The notes beneath the pieces are model-generated. The model did no database searches. It was given only the letters and a program-made list of their open reading frames with translations, and had not been told where the DNA came from. The position numbers were made by a program, and so were the translations under genes. 64,000 nucleotides of DNA from positions 22,870 to 86,869 of the forward strand of contig JBDRMS010000006.1 of NCBI GenBank assembly GCA_043811915.1, given 5' to 3'. Below, in pieces: positions 1 through 9,413 of the stretch (its first letter is position 1; each line of letters opens with the position of its first letter). Origin of the DNA: a bacterium. GTDB lineage: Bacteria > Patescibacteriota > Andersenbacteria > UBA10190.

Positions 1-30
1 GGTGCACCTGGGTGTGGTGAAGAAGTAGAT

Positions 31-759
31 ATGGTGCGGCGGGAAAAATTACGAGCGTTGATACTATCACGACGCAGTGTAGGCGAGGCTGATCGGCTGG
101 TGACGATGTTGACGCGGAATTATGGTTTGTTACGCGTGCTAGCAAAAGGAGTGCGCAAAATACCATCACGTCGAGGTGGACATATGGAGTCTTTGACACA
201 GGCTGTAGTGCTTATCTCGGTTAGTGCAGGCAGGTACTTTTTGCAGGCGGTGGAGACAGAGAATTATTTTAAGGCGTTGCATGATGACCATGAGGCATTA
301 GTGCGAGTGCAACGCTTGTCTAAGGCTTTGGTTTGTATATTTGAGGAAGAGGTGGCTTATGCCAATCTTTATGATGCTTTACTTCAGGCTTGTGCGGTGT
401 TGCCGGAGGTGTCGTATGCCAAAAGATCGCTTATGGAAACGGCCATTGCTTTGCTGGTATTGCGGGAGGGGGGAATTATGCCGTTATTGGGGAGATGCCA
501 GTGTTGTGGAAGGCGACGACCAGAGGAGGCAGTGGTGCTGGATGCTGAACAGGGTGGCTGGACCTGTTTATCCTGCGTGTCATCTATGGCTAAGGCTCGG
601 GCATCTTTGACTCCCCGCATGCTGGCGGTTTTACGTTATTTAGCTGTTCATCCCGATAAGGCCTTGAGGTTATCTGTGAGTGAAGAGGAGGCGCGGCAAC
701 TATTGGGCGCGGTATGGCTATATGTATCGACTTTGGCCATGCGTGAGATGGCTACTTGA
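31..759 (+). CDS. recO: DNA repair protein RecO
   Basis: 242 aa. N-terminal OB-fold-like region (LRALILSRRSVGEADRLVTMLTRNYGLLRVLAKGVRK) and C-terminal Cys4 cluster (CQCCG...CLSC) typical of RecO. Confidence 0.7.
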   Translation: MVRREKLRALILSRRSVGEADRLVTMLTRNYGLLRVLAKGVRKIPSRRGGHMESLTQAVVLISVSAGRYFLQAVETENYFKALHDDHEALVRVQRLSKALVCIFEEEVAYANLYDALLQACAVLPEVSYAKRSLMETAIALLVLREGGIMPLLGRCQCCGRRRPEEAVVLDAEQGGWTCLSCVSSMAKARASLTPRMLAVLRYLAVHPDKALRLSVSEEEARQLLGAVWLYVSTLAMREMAT

Positions 760-776
760 GGTATTATTAGAGGAAT

Positions 777-2735
777 ATGGTGAATGAAGAAGAAAAAGAC
801 GACCTGGGGGTGATTCGCCGTCGTTTGTATGCTCGGGAGGAATCGGAAGAGTTGCAACAACGAGGGGAGGAGTTGCATCGCCTGGGCGTTACGCGGCGTT
901 CGATAATTGAGCGGCCTAAATCGAGAGAAATATTGTCGGCGCTCAAATTCAAAAATTTAGCGTTACTTAGAGCTAAAAAATGGGGGCGAGTGTTGAGGTT
1001 TTCTGGCCTACTGGCCTTTGGGATAGTAGTAGTGCTGATAATGGTGGCTTTGACTGTATGGTATCGGTCGACCAGGACGGTTACTGAATCTCAAGTGGCC
1101 CTGTCTATTGAGGCGCCGGGTGAGTTAACGGCTGGGGAAGAGATAATTTACCGAATTCCATATGGCAATGAAAGCCGGGTTGATTGGGAAAACGTGGAAT
1201 TGGTGGTGAATGTACCGAGGGGTTTTACTTTTCGGGGTAGCAATCAGGAGGTAGAGAAGCTGGGGAAACAGTTAGTGGTGAAGTATGGGAAGCTGGCCAG
1301 TGGAGAATCAGGCGAGCTGCACGTGAGGGGGCAGCTGATTGGTGAACAAAACGAGACGGCCACGGTTTTGGCGGAGTTGGTTTTGACGCCGGAAAATTTT
1401 CCCAGTGGTCGGTTTACCAAACAGGCGGTGCGGGCTACGACTATCACGGCCTTGCCGCTGGATGTATCGCTGAATATTCCGGATGATGCGGCCAGTGGCG
1501 AGCGGGTGATGGCCAGTGTGACAGTACGGAACTTGAGTAACAATACTCTGGAGGGTGTGTATTTGCAGCTAAATATGGCAGCGGGCATGCAGCTGGCCGT
1601 GGAGGACGGCGGGTTTACCCCCGGTTTTTCAGTGCCGGCTGCTGGCTGGCAGTTGTCGAGCCTGGACTCTTTACAGGAAGAAGAGCTGACGGCAGTGTTT
1701 TATGTTGAGGGACAGCCGGGCGAAAAGCGGGTGATTGATATTAAGGCGGGCATCAGGCAGGGCGAAGAGGATTTTATACAGCGTGAGTTGACTCATGTGG
1801 TAACTGTTTCGGCTTCAGAAGTGGTGGTGGACCAGTTGTATAATGGGAGTTCAAACCCCCTAACGGTGCGGGCGGGAGAGCGGGTAATGGGAGAGGTACA
1901 TTATGGCAACGTGGGGACGGTTGGTTTAAAAGATGTGATAATTGAAGTGCAGTTTGAGGGTACCAGCTTTGATCCGGCGTCTATTGATTTGGAAGCGGGG
2001 TCTTATGACCCAGAGAAAAGAACTATTGCGTGGTCGGCGGCCACGGTACCTGAATTGGCAGTATTGCAACCACAGCAGGAAGGCGTGCTAAAGTACTCTT
2101 TTAATATTTTACCTATTGGCCAGTTTCCTACGTCAGGCGAGGCGACTAAAAATCATGTGTTGGTGACGACGGCTACCATTAGCAGTCCTGACCTGCCGGC
2201 GCCGGTAGGACAGCCGCGAAAAGTTATATCGGATAGAGCTGTGCTGTCGGCGCGTACAGACTTGATTCTTGACGCCACGGCGTTATTTGATGATGGCCGG
2301 CTGGGATTGACCAGTTCGGGGCCGGTACCACCGGAAGCGGGGAAAACTACTTCCTATACAGTGCGCTGGCGAATTGGTTCGACGCTTAATGATGTGGCTG
2401 ACGTGCGACTGATAGCTGTGTTGCCGGACGGGGTTACTTATACAGATCAGATGTACAAGACGGGCGGTGAATTTGCTTTTAATGATCGAACGGGCGAGAT
2501 AGTGTGGACGCTACCGATTATGAATGGACTGGTGGGAAGGGCGGCGCCTTATCAGGAATTGCATGTGCAGGTGTCGATTAAGCCGGGGGAGGACAAACGA
2601 GGGCAGAATGTGTTGTTGTTGAATAGAACGGAATTATCGGCCGTAGACCAGTTTACGGATGAGGCAGTGGAAGTGAATTTGGCAGAATTTCCTGATACGG
2701 GGACGGCTGTACCTGGGAAAGGCGTGGTACAGTAG
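777..2735 (+). CDS. hypothetical large membrane-anchored extracellular protein (DUF11-like repeat surface protein)
   Basis: 652 aa. Single N-terminal TM helix (LLAFGIVVVLIMVALTVWY) followed by a long beta-rich, Thr/Val-rich ectodomain. No catalytic motifs recognised. Confidence 0.45.
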   Translation: MVNEEEKDDLGVIRRRLYAREESEELQQRGEELHRLGVTRRSIIERPKSREILSALKFKNLALLRAKKWGRVLRFSGLLAFGIVVVLIMVALTVWYRSTRTVTESQVALSIEAPGELTAGEEIIYRIPYGNESRVDWENVELVVNVPRGFTFRGSNQEVEKLGKQLVVKYGKLASGESGELHVRGQLIGEQNETATVLAELVLTPENFPSGRFTKQAVRATTITALPLDVSLNIPDDAASGERVMASVTVRNLSNNTLEGVYLQLNMAAGMQLAVEDGGFTPGFSVPAAGWQLSSLDSLQEEELTAVFYVEGQPGEKRVIDIKAGIRQGEEDFIQRELTHVVTVSASEVVVDQLYNGSSNPLTVRAGERVMGEVHYGNVGTVGLKDVIIEVQFEGTSFDPASIDLEAGSYDPEKRTIAWSAATVPELAVLQPQQEGVLKYSFNILPIGQFPTSGEATKNHVLVTTATISSPDLPAPVGQPRKVISDRAVLSARTDLILDATALFDDGRLGLTSSGPVPPEAGKTTSYTVRWRIGSTLNDVADVRLIAVLPDGVTYTDQMYKTGGEFAFNDRTGEIVWTLPIMNGLVGRAAPYQELHVQVSIKPGEDKRGQNVLLLNRTELSAVDQFTDEAVEVNLAEFPDTGTAVPGKGVVQ

Positions 2736-2738
2736 GTT

Positions 2739-3254
2739 ATGGTTCAAGGAATGCTTTCTCGGTTGCTGGGGGGTTCATCGTCGCGGAATAAACGACGGGA
2801 AGAGAGTTGGGGCCGGGCGCAAAAAGCTGGCCCGCCCGATGCGCTGCAGAGTTTAAACCCGCTGGCTCGCGGAGGAAGTGATTATGAGTTGGAGAGAAAG
2901 AGGCGACGGAATGAAATACAGCAGAAATTTTACAGTCCCGGTCGGAAGAGGTTGGTGAGAAGGCGCCAGCAGGCGGAACGGAGTTTTAGAGATAGTTTGC
3001 GAAGACAGCAGGAGAAAATTGAGGGGTATTACAGGTGTAAGGAAAAGAGTCTGGGTGAGGAGCGGGCCCAGGAGAAGGTAAAAGAGAGATTTAGGCGGGA
3101 AGAGAGGGAGATGACCAGAAAGTTTCGCAAAACGTGGCAGGACCAGGAAAGTGATTTAAAGCGCCAGCGCGACAGAAAATACAGGCAGATTACCAAAGAA
3201 ATGCATAAAGAATCGCGGGAGGCGAGGGGGCTGCCCGATCGAACGCAATGGTAG
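2739..3254 (+). CDS. hypothetical Arg/Glu/Lys-rich low-complexity protein
   Basis: 171-aa ORF tightly packed between neighbours, highly charged (RRNEIQQKF..RRQQEKIEGYY..RFRREEREMTRKFRK). Coding status uncertain. Confidence 0.35.
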   Translation: MVQGMLSRLLGGSSSRNKRREESWGRAQKAGPPDALQSLNPLARGGSDYELERKRRRNEIQQKFYSPGRKRLVRRRQQAERSFRDSLRRQQEKIEGYYRCKEKSLGEERAQEKVKERFRREEREMTRKFRKTWQDQESDLKRQRDRKYRQITKEMHKESREARGLPDRTQW

Positions 3255-4561
3255 ATCTGGAAACAATTGTGGGATTGGCGAAGAGACGGGGCTTTGTTTT
3301 CCCCGGCTCCGAGATTTACGGCGGCCTGGCCAACAGCTGGGACTACGGTTTGCTTGGAGTGTTGCTGAAAAATAATATTAAACGGGCCTGGTGGGACAGG
3401 TTTGTGCGAGGGCGATTAGATATGGTGGGGATTGATTCGGCTTTAATTATGAATCCAAAGGTATGGGAGGCCAGTGGCCATTTGGCCGAGTTTAGCGATC
3501 CTTTGGTTGAGTGTAAAAGTTGTCACGCCAGAGTACGTGCTGACGAGGTTGATTTAAGTGCGCCATGTCGGGAGTGCGGACAGAGAAGCAATTTTACTGA
3601 ACCGGCCCAGTTCAATATGATGTTTAAAACTTTTGTGGGGCCAAAAGAGGACGCGGCGGCGGTGGCTTATCTGCGTCCGGAGACGGCGCAGGGTATGTTT
3701 GTTAATTTTGCGCAGGTGCTAAACACTAGCAGGAAGAGAATACCGTTTGGTATTGCACAAATTGGCAAGGCTTTCAGGAATGAAATAACGCCGGGTAACT
3801 TCATATTTAGGACGCGCGAGTTTGAGCAAATGGAAATTGAGTATTTTGTGCATCCGGACGCGTGGCAGGAGTATTTTGGAGCTTGGCTTAAAGAGATGCA
3901 TGCTTGGACGGAGTTTTGCGGAATCGCACGGGATAGACTGCATGATTGTGAATGTAAGCCGGAGAATCGCTCTCACTATTCCAGTAAGACAGTGGATATA
4001 GAGTTTGACTGGCCTTTCGGCCGCAAAGAACTGTACGGCATAGCTTATCGGGGCGACCATGACCTGAATTTGCATGCCAGACATTCCGGCAAGCCCATGA
4101 ATTACACAGATCCGATTACGGGTGAGATGTACGTTCCCCACGTGGTGGAGCCAACTTTTGGCGTGGATCGGACTTTGTTGGCTATGATGTTCTCTGCCTA
4201 CCATGAAGAAGAAGTTAAGGGAGAGAAGCGGGTAATAATGAAGTTTCCGGCTGCTTTGGCGCCGTATCAGGTGGCGGTGTTGCCGTTGTCGCACAAAGAT
4301 GAACTGGAAAAGGTGTCCAGACCCCTGGCGCAGGAGCTGGCTGGGCAATTTAGCTGCGATTATGACGTGACACAGTCAATTGGCAAGCGATATCGTCGTC
4401 AGGATGAAATTGGCACACCTTATTGTATAACGGTCGATTTTGAAAGTCTGGAGGATAAAGCCGTGACAATAAGAGACAGGGATAGTATGGAGCAGGAGAG
4501 GATATCGATTGGCGAAGTGGCAGAACGAATAAAATCCAAAGTCCAAAATCCAAATGACTAA
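3248..4561 (+). CDS. glyQS: glycine--tRNA ligase (alpha2 homodimeric type)
   Basis: 437 aa. N-terminus IVGLAKRRGFVFPGSEIYGGLANSWDYGLLG and class II aaRS motifs (FRNEITPGNFIFRTREFEQMEIEYF) match the dimeric GlyRS family. Confidence 0.85.
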   Translation: MVDLETIVGLAKRRGFVFPGSEIYGGLANSWDYGLLGVLLKNNIKRAWWDRFVRGRLDMVGIDSALIMNPKVWEASGHLAEFSDPLVECKSCHARVRADEVDLSAPCRECGQRSNFTEPAQFNMMFKTFVGPKEDAAAVAYLRPETAQGMFVNFAQVLNTSRKRIPFGIAQIGKAFRNEITPGNFIFRTREFEQMEIEYFVHPDAWQEYFGAWLKEMHAWTEFCGIARDRLHDCECKPENRSHYSSKTVDIEFDWPFGRKELYGIAYRGDHDLNLHARHSGKPMNYTDPITGEMYVPHVVEPTFGVDRTLLAMMFSAYHEEEVKGEKRVIMKFPAALAPYQVAVLPLSHKDELEKVSRPLAQELAGQFSCDYDVTQSIGKRYRRQDEIGTPYCITVDFESLEDKAVTIRDRDSMEQERISIGEVAERIKSKVQNPND

Positions 4562-5843
4562 AAGGGCGTCGTTTCCTCTTGTTAAAAAAGAATTGTCTTC
4601 TGGTTTGCGTGTCTTGTTGTTACCGAGGTCTGAAGGCGAGACGGTGACGCTGCTGGTTCTAATTGGCGTGGGCTCGCGTTATGAGGCGAAGAAGCAAAGT
4701 GGACTGTCCCACTTTCTGGAGCATATGTTTTTCAAAGGAACGAAAACGCGTCCTGATAAGCGTGAAATTGCAGAGGCGATGGACAATATTGGGGCGGAAT
4801 TTAATGCTTTTACTGGTGAAGAAGTGACGGGGTACTACGTCAAGGCGGCCAGGGAACACCTGGATTTGGGGGCTGACGTGGTGTCAGATATATTGTTGCG
4901 TTCCTTGTTTCCGGCGGAGGAGATAGAGCGGGAGCGAGGGGTGATTAAGGAGGAGATAAAAATGTATACTGATTCGCCCATGCAGCACGTTCATCATTTG
5001 TGGCGTCGTGCTTTGTTTGGTAAGCAGCCGTTGGGGCGTCGCATTGATGGTTCGGCGAAGACAGTATCTGCTTTTCAGCGGAGTGACTTTGTGTCTTATA
5101 CGAAGAAGCATTACCACACGGGCAATGCGGTGGTGGCCCTGGCGGGAAATTTTGACAGTGATGAAGCATTAGACAAGATGCAGTTGCTGTTTAAGGAATT
5201 GCCGCAAGGCGAGGAAACCGAGCCCGAGGCGGCACGGGAAGGACCGGCCGAGCGGCTGGTGCATGAGCGCAGGGAATCACTGGATCAAACACATTTAGTG
5301 GTCGGTGTGCCAGGCGTGTCGCTGGACGATGACCGGCGTTTCGCCGCTAACTTGCTGGCTATTATTTTGGGCGGGGGAATGAGCAGCAGATTGTTTATGA
5401 AAGTGAGAGAGAAAGAGGGCTTGGCTTATGCTATTCGCAGCTCAATTGACAATTTTGTCGACACCGGCAGCCTGGAAACGCAGGCTGGTTTGCGCACGGA
5501 TAGGGCAGATTTTGCGCTAAAATTAATTTTACAAGAGTATGACAGAGTGATGCAGGAGGTTGTGCCGGCGGCCGAAATTAATAAAGTTAAACAGATGGTG
5601 CGCGGCCACATGGTATTGGAACTGGAGGAAACAAATTCTCTGGCCATGTTTGCCGGAGTGCAGGAGCTGTTGCAGAATAAGGTTATGACGCCGCATGAAC
5701 TGTGGCAGCGCACTCAAGCTGTGACGGCACAGGATATTCAGCGAGTGGCACAGGATTTACTTAGTCCGGGGCGGAGGGCAGCCGCATTGCTTAGTCCGCA
5801 CGAGTCGGTGAATGCCTTTGAACAACAGCTTAAGACAGAGTAG
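4554..5843 (+). CDS. M16 family zinc peptidase (insulinase-like, inverted HxxEH motif)
   Basis: 429 aa. HFLEHMFFKGT inverted zinc-binding motif near the N-terminus, plus a second inactive-half-like domain. Confidence 0.75.
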   Translation: MTKRASFPLVKKELSSGLRVLLLPRSEGETVTLLVLIGVGSRYEAKKQSGLSHFLEHMFFKGTKTRPDKREIAEAMDNIGAEFNAFTGEEVTGYYVKAAREHLDLGADVVSDILLRSLFPAEEIERERGVIKEEIKMYTDSPMQHVHHLWRRALFGKQPLGRRIDGSAKTVSAFQRSDFVSYTKKHYHTGNAVVALAGNFDSDEALDKMQLLFKELPQGEETEPEAAREGPAERLVHERRESLDQTHLVVGVPGVSLDDDRRFAANLLAIILGGGMSSRLFMKVREKEGLAYAIRSSIDNFVDTGSLETQAGLRTDRADFALKLILQEYDRVMQEVVPAAEINKVKQMVRGHMVLELEETNSLAMFAGVQELLQNKVMTPHELWQRTQAVTAQDIQRVAQDLLSPGRRAAALLSPHESVNAFEQQLKTE

Positions 5844-5854
5844 TATGCAGGGGT

Positions 5855-6904
5855 ATGGATAATAACGGCCAGACAGCGAAAATAGATATTTCGACGGGCA
5901 CCATATTCAGGGCTGTTTTGATTCTGATTAGCTTCTGGTTTCTATACGTAATTTTTGATTTTTTGCTGATGTTGTTTGCCTCGGTGGTAGTAGCCAGTGC
6001 AATCAGGCCGGTGGCTGATAGACTGGAGAGGTACCGTGTGCCGCGGGCATTATCGGTTGTCCTGGTATATATTGTAGTCCTGGTTTTGTTGTCGGTGGTG
6101 GTGTCGTTGATTGTTCCGCCGCTGGCGGAGCAGGTAACTCAATTAGCCCATGCGTTGCCGGCACTGGTGGAGTATTTGAGCAATCAGGGCCTGGTTCCGT
6201 CGTCGGGAGCAGTTAAGGGGACAGTCAGTGCGTGGCAGCAGGCACTAGCCGGAGTGGGAAATAACCTGGCCAATGTGGGAGCGGGGTTGTTTCGCCAGAC
6301 GCGGACGGTGTTTTCGGGGGTGTTCACTCTGGTTTTTATGTTTGTGATTGCATTGTACCTGGTGGTGGACAAAGATGTCATAAAGAAGCCTTTTCAGATT
6401 GTGGTACCGGCCAGGCATATGCCGTATGTGGAGATGGCGATTAACCGGGCTCAGAAGAAGATCGGACGCTGGATGTTGGCGCAATTGACTTTGGGAGTGA
6501 TTATTGGCGTGGTGGTGTCGGTAGGCTTGTGGTTGATGGGAGTGCCGTACTCTTTACTGTTGGGCCTGGTGGCGGGGGTGCTGGAGATGGTACCGATTAT
6601 CGGGCCGATTGTCGCGGCGGTGCCGGCTGTACTAGTTGGCTTTACACAATCCTGGATGTTAGGACTGGGAATAATATTATTTTATTTGCTGGTACAACAG
6701 GCGGAAAACCACTTGTTGATTCCATTTATAATGCGGAAAGCTACGGGCTTGAACCCACTTGTTATTATATTGGCGATATTGCTGGGTGCGCGGTTAGTTG
6801 GTGTGGTGGGAGTATTGCTGGCAGTGCCGGCAGCGGTGGTGATATGCGCTTTTGTTAATGATTTGGCATCGGCGTCTGAAACTAATGATGAACTAGCGGG
6901 CTAA
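5855..6904 (+). CDS. AI-2E family transporter (UPF0118/PerM-like)
   Basis: 349 aa, about 8 TM helices. Length and hydropathy pattern are typical of the AI-2E family. Confidence 0.65.
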   Translation: MDNNGQTAKIDISTGTIFRAVLILISFWFLYVIFDFLLMLFASVVVASAIRPVADRLERYRVPRALSVVLVYIVVLVLLSVVVSLIVPPLAEQVTQLAHALPALVEYLSNQGLVPSSGAVKGTVSAWQQALAGVGNNLANVGAGLFRQTRTVFSGVFTLVFMFVIALYLVVDKDVIKKPFQIVVPARHMPYVEMAINRAQKKIGRWMLAQLTLGVIIGVVVSVGLWLMGVPYSLLLGLVAGVLEMVPIIGPIVAAVPAVLVGFTQSWMLGLGIILFYLLVQQAENHLLIPFIMRKATGLNPLVIILAILLGARLVGVVGVLLAVPAAVVICAFVNDLASASETNDELAG

Positions 6905-7351
6905 AACCAGGGTGAGGGCCAGGGCGACGAGAGTAATTTGAAAAACAAGGCCGCGGGGGATGTTGTTTGTCTCGCGCTGGATGTGGTTGTGGAAATGGAA
7001 TAATGGTTTAAGCCAATTGAGATATTTGGTGTGCGTGACAGGGCCAAGGAGATTGTAGAGGGTGTGAATGATGTCCGGAGTGTTACTGCCGATCATGGCA
7101 ATAACAGCCGGCCGCAGGGGCAGGCGATTTATGGTAATTAGCAGGGCCAGCGTAATTCCTCCCAATACGTCGATGGCGACCAGTGTATACGGGTAGGGGC
7201 GTTTATTGGGATCTATGTTCCAGTGGAGGATTGAATCGGCGAGCAGGTGGAGGAGAAAAGCGGCGGCGAAGATTAAGAAAGGATTTTGCAAATAAACGCC
7301 AAGAGGCAGGCTGATAATGGTGTGGGTAGCGGACAGCACATAAGCTATCAT
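6893..7351 (-). CDS. hypothetical membrane protein (His-rich, possibly membrane-bound metal-dependent hydrolase-like)
   Basis: 152 aa, 4 predicted TM helices, several conserved-looking His (HLLADSILHW, HFHNH). Family assignment is tentative. Confidence 0.35.
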   Translation of the reverse strand: MIAYVLSATHTIISLPLGVYLQNPFLIFAAAFLLHLLADSILHWNIDPNKRPYPYTLVAIDVLGGITLALLITINRLPLRPAVIAMIGSNTPDIIHTLYNLLGPVTHTKYLNWLKPLFHFHNHIQRETNNIPRGLVFQITLVALALTLVLAR

Positions 7352-7359
7352 ACCCTTAT

Positions 7360-8124
7360 ATGATAGATAGTCACGCGCATGTCATGTTTTCCCAGTTTGA
7401 CGAGGATCGGGAAGAGGTTATGGGAAGAGCCCGGGAAGCAGGTGTTGAAGGATGGATTGAAGTGGGGACAGATGTGGAGCAGAGCAAAAAGGCTATTGCC
7501 CTGGCTCGGAGGCATGATAGGGTGTTTGCCGCGGTTGGCGTTCATCCGAGCGAGGTGGAAACTCTGAACGAGGAGGACTGGGGGACATTAAAGAAATTGG
7601 CAAAAGGGAAAGAAGTGATAGCTATAGGCGAAGTGGGAATTGATTTGTACAGAGGTGGATCTTTGCAGAAGCAACTTGAGGCATTGCGGCGATTTATTGG
7701 ACTGGCCGGGGAAAGGAATTTGCCAATTGTTTTTCATGTGAGAGGCAGCGAGGAAGTGGACGCGCATGACCAAGTATTAAAGTTATTGAGCGCCCCAGCC
7801 TTAGGTGTAATGCATTCATTTAGCGGTACGTGGCGGCAGGCGGAAAAATATATGGAATTAGGTATGTACCTTGCTTTTAACGGCGTAGTGACGTTCAAGA
7901 ATGCGGGAGAGATAGCGGAGATAGCGCGCCGGGTACCATTGAATAGAATATTGATAGAGACGGACTGTCCATATCTTGCGCCGGAGCCGCATCGGGGAAA
8001 GCGCAACGAACCGGCCTATGTGAAGTTGGTGGCAGAAAAAATCGCGGAGTTGAGAGGAATGACGGTGAGCGAAGTTGTTGAGGCTACTTCTGATAATACT
8101 GAAAGATTATTTGGCCTAAAGTAA
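7360..8124 (+). CDS. tatD: TatD family metal-dependent DNase/hydrolase
   Basis: 254 aa. MIDSHAHV start, HxH metal-binding motif and ETDCPYLAP motif characteristic of TatD. Confidence 0.8.
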   Translation: MIDSHAHVMFSQFDEDREEVMGRAREAGVEGWIEVGTDVEQSKKAIALARRHDRVFAAVGVHPSEVETLNEEDWGTLKKLAKGKEVIAIGEVGIDLYRGGSLQKQLEALRRFIGLAGERNLPIVFHVRGSEEVDAHDQVLKLLSAPALGVMHSFSGTWRQAEKYMELGMYLAFNGVVTFKNAGEIAEIARRVPLNRILIETDCPYLAPEPHRGKRNEPAYVKLVAEKIAELRGMTVSEVVEATSDNTERLFGLK

Positions 8125-8144
8125 TTGCGTGTATACTTGATGTT

Positions 8145-9404
8145 GTGCGAACTGAAAACGGAAATTTTAGTGTAATTATGCCGCTGGCGGCACGGGTCAG
8201 GCCCAGTAGCTTGGAAGATTTTGTGGGGCAGGAGGAGGTGTTGGGAAAGGGCACGGGGCTGCGGCGAGCCATTGAACAGGGCGTGGCGGGATCATTGATT
8301 TTGTGGGGGCCGCCGGGAGTGGGTAAAACGACGCTGGCATATATTATAGCGGGCAGAATGGATGCGGCACTAGAGCGCATTAGTGCAGTGACGGCAGGCG
8401 TGAAGGATTTGCGGGAAGTAATTGTCAGAGCGCACGAGTGGCAAAAAGTGAGCAAAAGAACGGTGCTGATAGTGGACGAGATTCATCGGTTTAATAAAGC
8501 GCAACAAGATGTGTTATTGCCATCCGTGGAAGAGGGCTTGATAACTCTGATCGGGGCGACAACGGAAAATCCATATTTTGAAGTGATAAAGGCTTTAGTA
8601 TCACGGGCGGAGGTGGTGCGATTAGAAAGATTGAAGGAGAAAGATATTCGAAAGATTGTGCGGCGAGGCTTGTCGTTTGTGGATGCTAAAATTAGTTTGT
8701 CGGGGGCGGCTGAAGAGAGCTTGGTGATTCTGGCGGGCGGTGATGCCAGAAGGGCATTGAACATTCTGGAGCGGTCGTTGCTGGTTGCTCAAGGGAGAGA
8801 GATTAGTAGAGAAGATGTTGAGTCAGCGGCACAGCAGTCGATAGTGCAGTATGACAAGGCGGGCGACGCGCATTACGATACAATATCGGCCTTTATTAAG
8901 AGTATGCGGGGATCTGATCCGGATGCGGCGTTGTTTTACATGTTTCGCATGTTAGTGGCGGGCGAGGACCCGAAATTTATTGTGCGGCGGATGCTGATTT
9001 TTGCTTCGGAAGACGTTGGCAATGCCGACCCGCATGCTTTGATGGTGGCAAATTCAGCGGCTCATACTCTGGACTGGGTGGGCTTGCCGGAAGCAGAGTA
9101 TGCCTTGGCGCAGGCGGCGACATATTTGGCGGCAGCACCGAAGAGTAACAGTGTGAAAAAGGCTATGGCGGCGGTAAAACGGGATGTCGAGCGGTATGGT
9201 AATGCTGTGCCGCCGAGGCATATCATAAATACTCCGGGGGTGAATTACCGGTATCCGCATGATTTTCCGGGCCACATAGTGGCGCAACAATATAGACCGG
9301 AAGAAGTGCGGGACAATATTTACTACGAGCCGGGTGAAGAAGGTTTTGAGAAGGAGGTAAAAAGACGCCTGGATGCAGCGCGGAGGGTTTTACGCCGGCG
9401 ATAG
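8145..9404 (+). CDS. rarA: replication-associated recombination protein A (AAA+ ATPase RarA/MgsA)
   Basis: Walker A (LILWGPPGVGKTTLA), Walker B (LIVDEIHRFNK), sensor and C-terminal MgsA helical domain. The true start is probably the internal Met (MPLAARV, ~8178). Confidence 0.85.
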   Translation: MRTENGNFSVIMPLAARVRPSSLEDFVGQEEVLGKGTGLRRAIEQGVAGSLILWGPPGVGKTTLAYIIAGRMDAALERISAVTAGVKDLREVIVRAHEWQKVSKRTVLIVDEIHRFNKAQQDVLLPSVEEGLITLIGATTENPYFEVIKALVSRAEVVRLERLKEKDIRKIVRRGLSFVDAKISLSGAAEESLVILAGGDARRALNILERSLLVAQGREISREDVESAAQQSIVQYDKAGDAHYDTISAFIKSMRGSDPDAALFYMFRMLVAGEDPKFIVRRMLIFASEDVGNADPHALMVANSAAHTLDWVGLPEAEYALAQAATYLAAAPKSNSVKKAMAAVKRDVERYGNAVPPRHIINTPGVNYRYPHDFPGHIVAQQYRPEEVRDNIYYEPGEEGFEKEVKRRLDAARRVLRRR

Positions 9405-9413
9405 AGTATACTG

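Noticed and set aside
3719-4348. 209-aa antisense ORF inside glyQS, plus similar shadow ORFs (e.g. 10029-10721, 38367-39086, 60512-61156, 12644-13434)
   Set aside because: They lie wholly within strongly supported genes on the opposite strand. Their products are low-complexity or Ser/Pro/Arg-rich and have no start context, so they look like typical antisense shadow ORFs.
6529-6858. Gly-rich 109-aa plus-strand ORF
   Set aside because: It is an out-of-frame overlap entirely inside the AI-2E transporter gene. Its composition is an artefact of the GC-rich hydrophobic codons.
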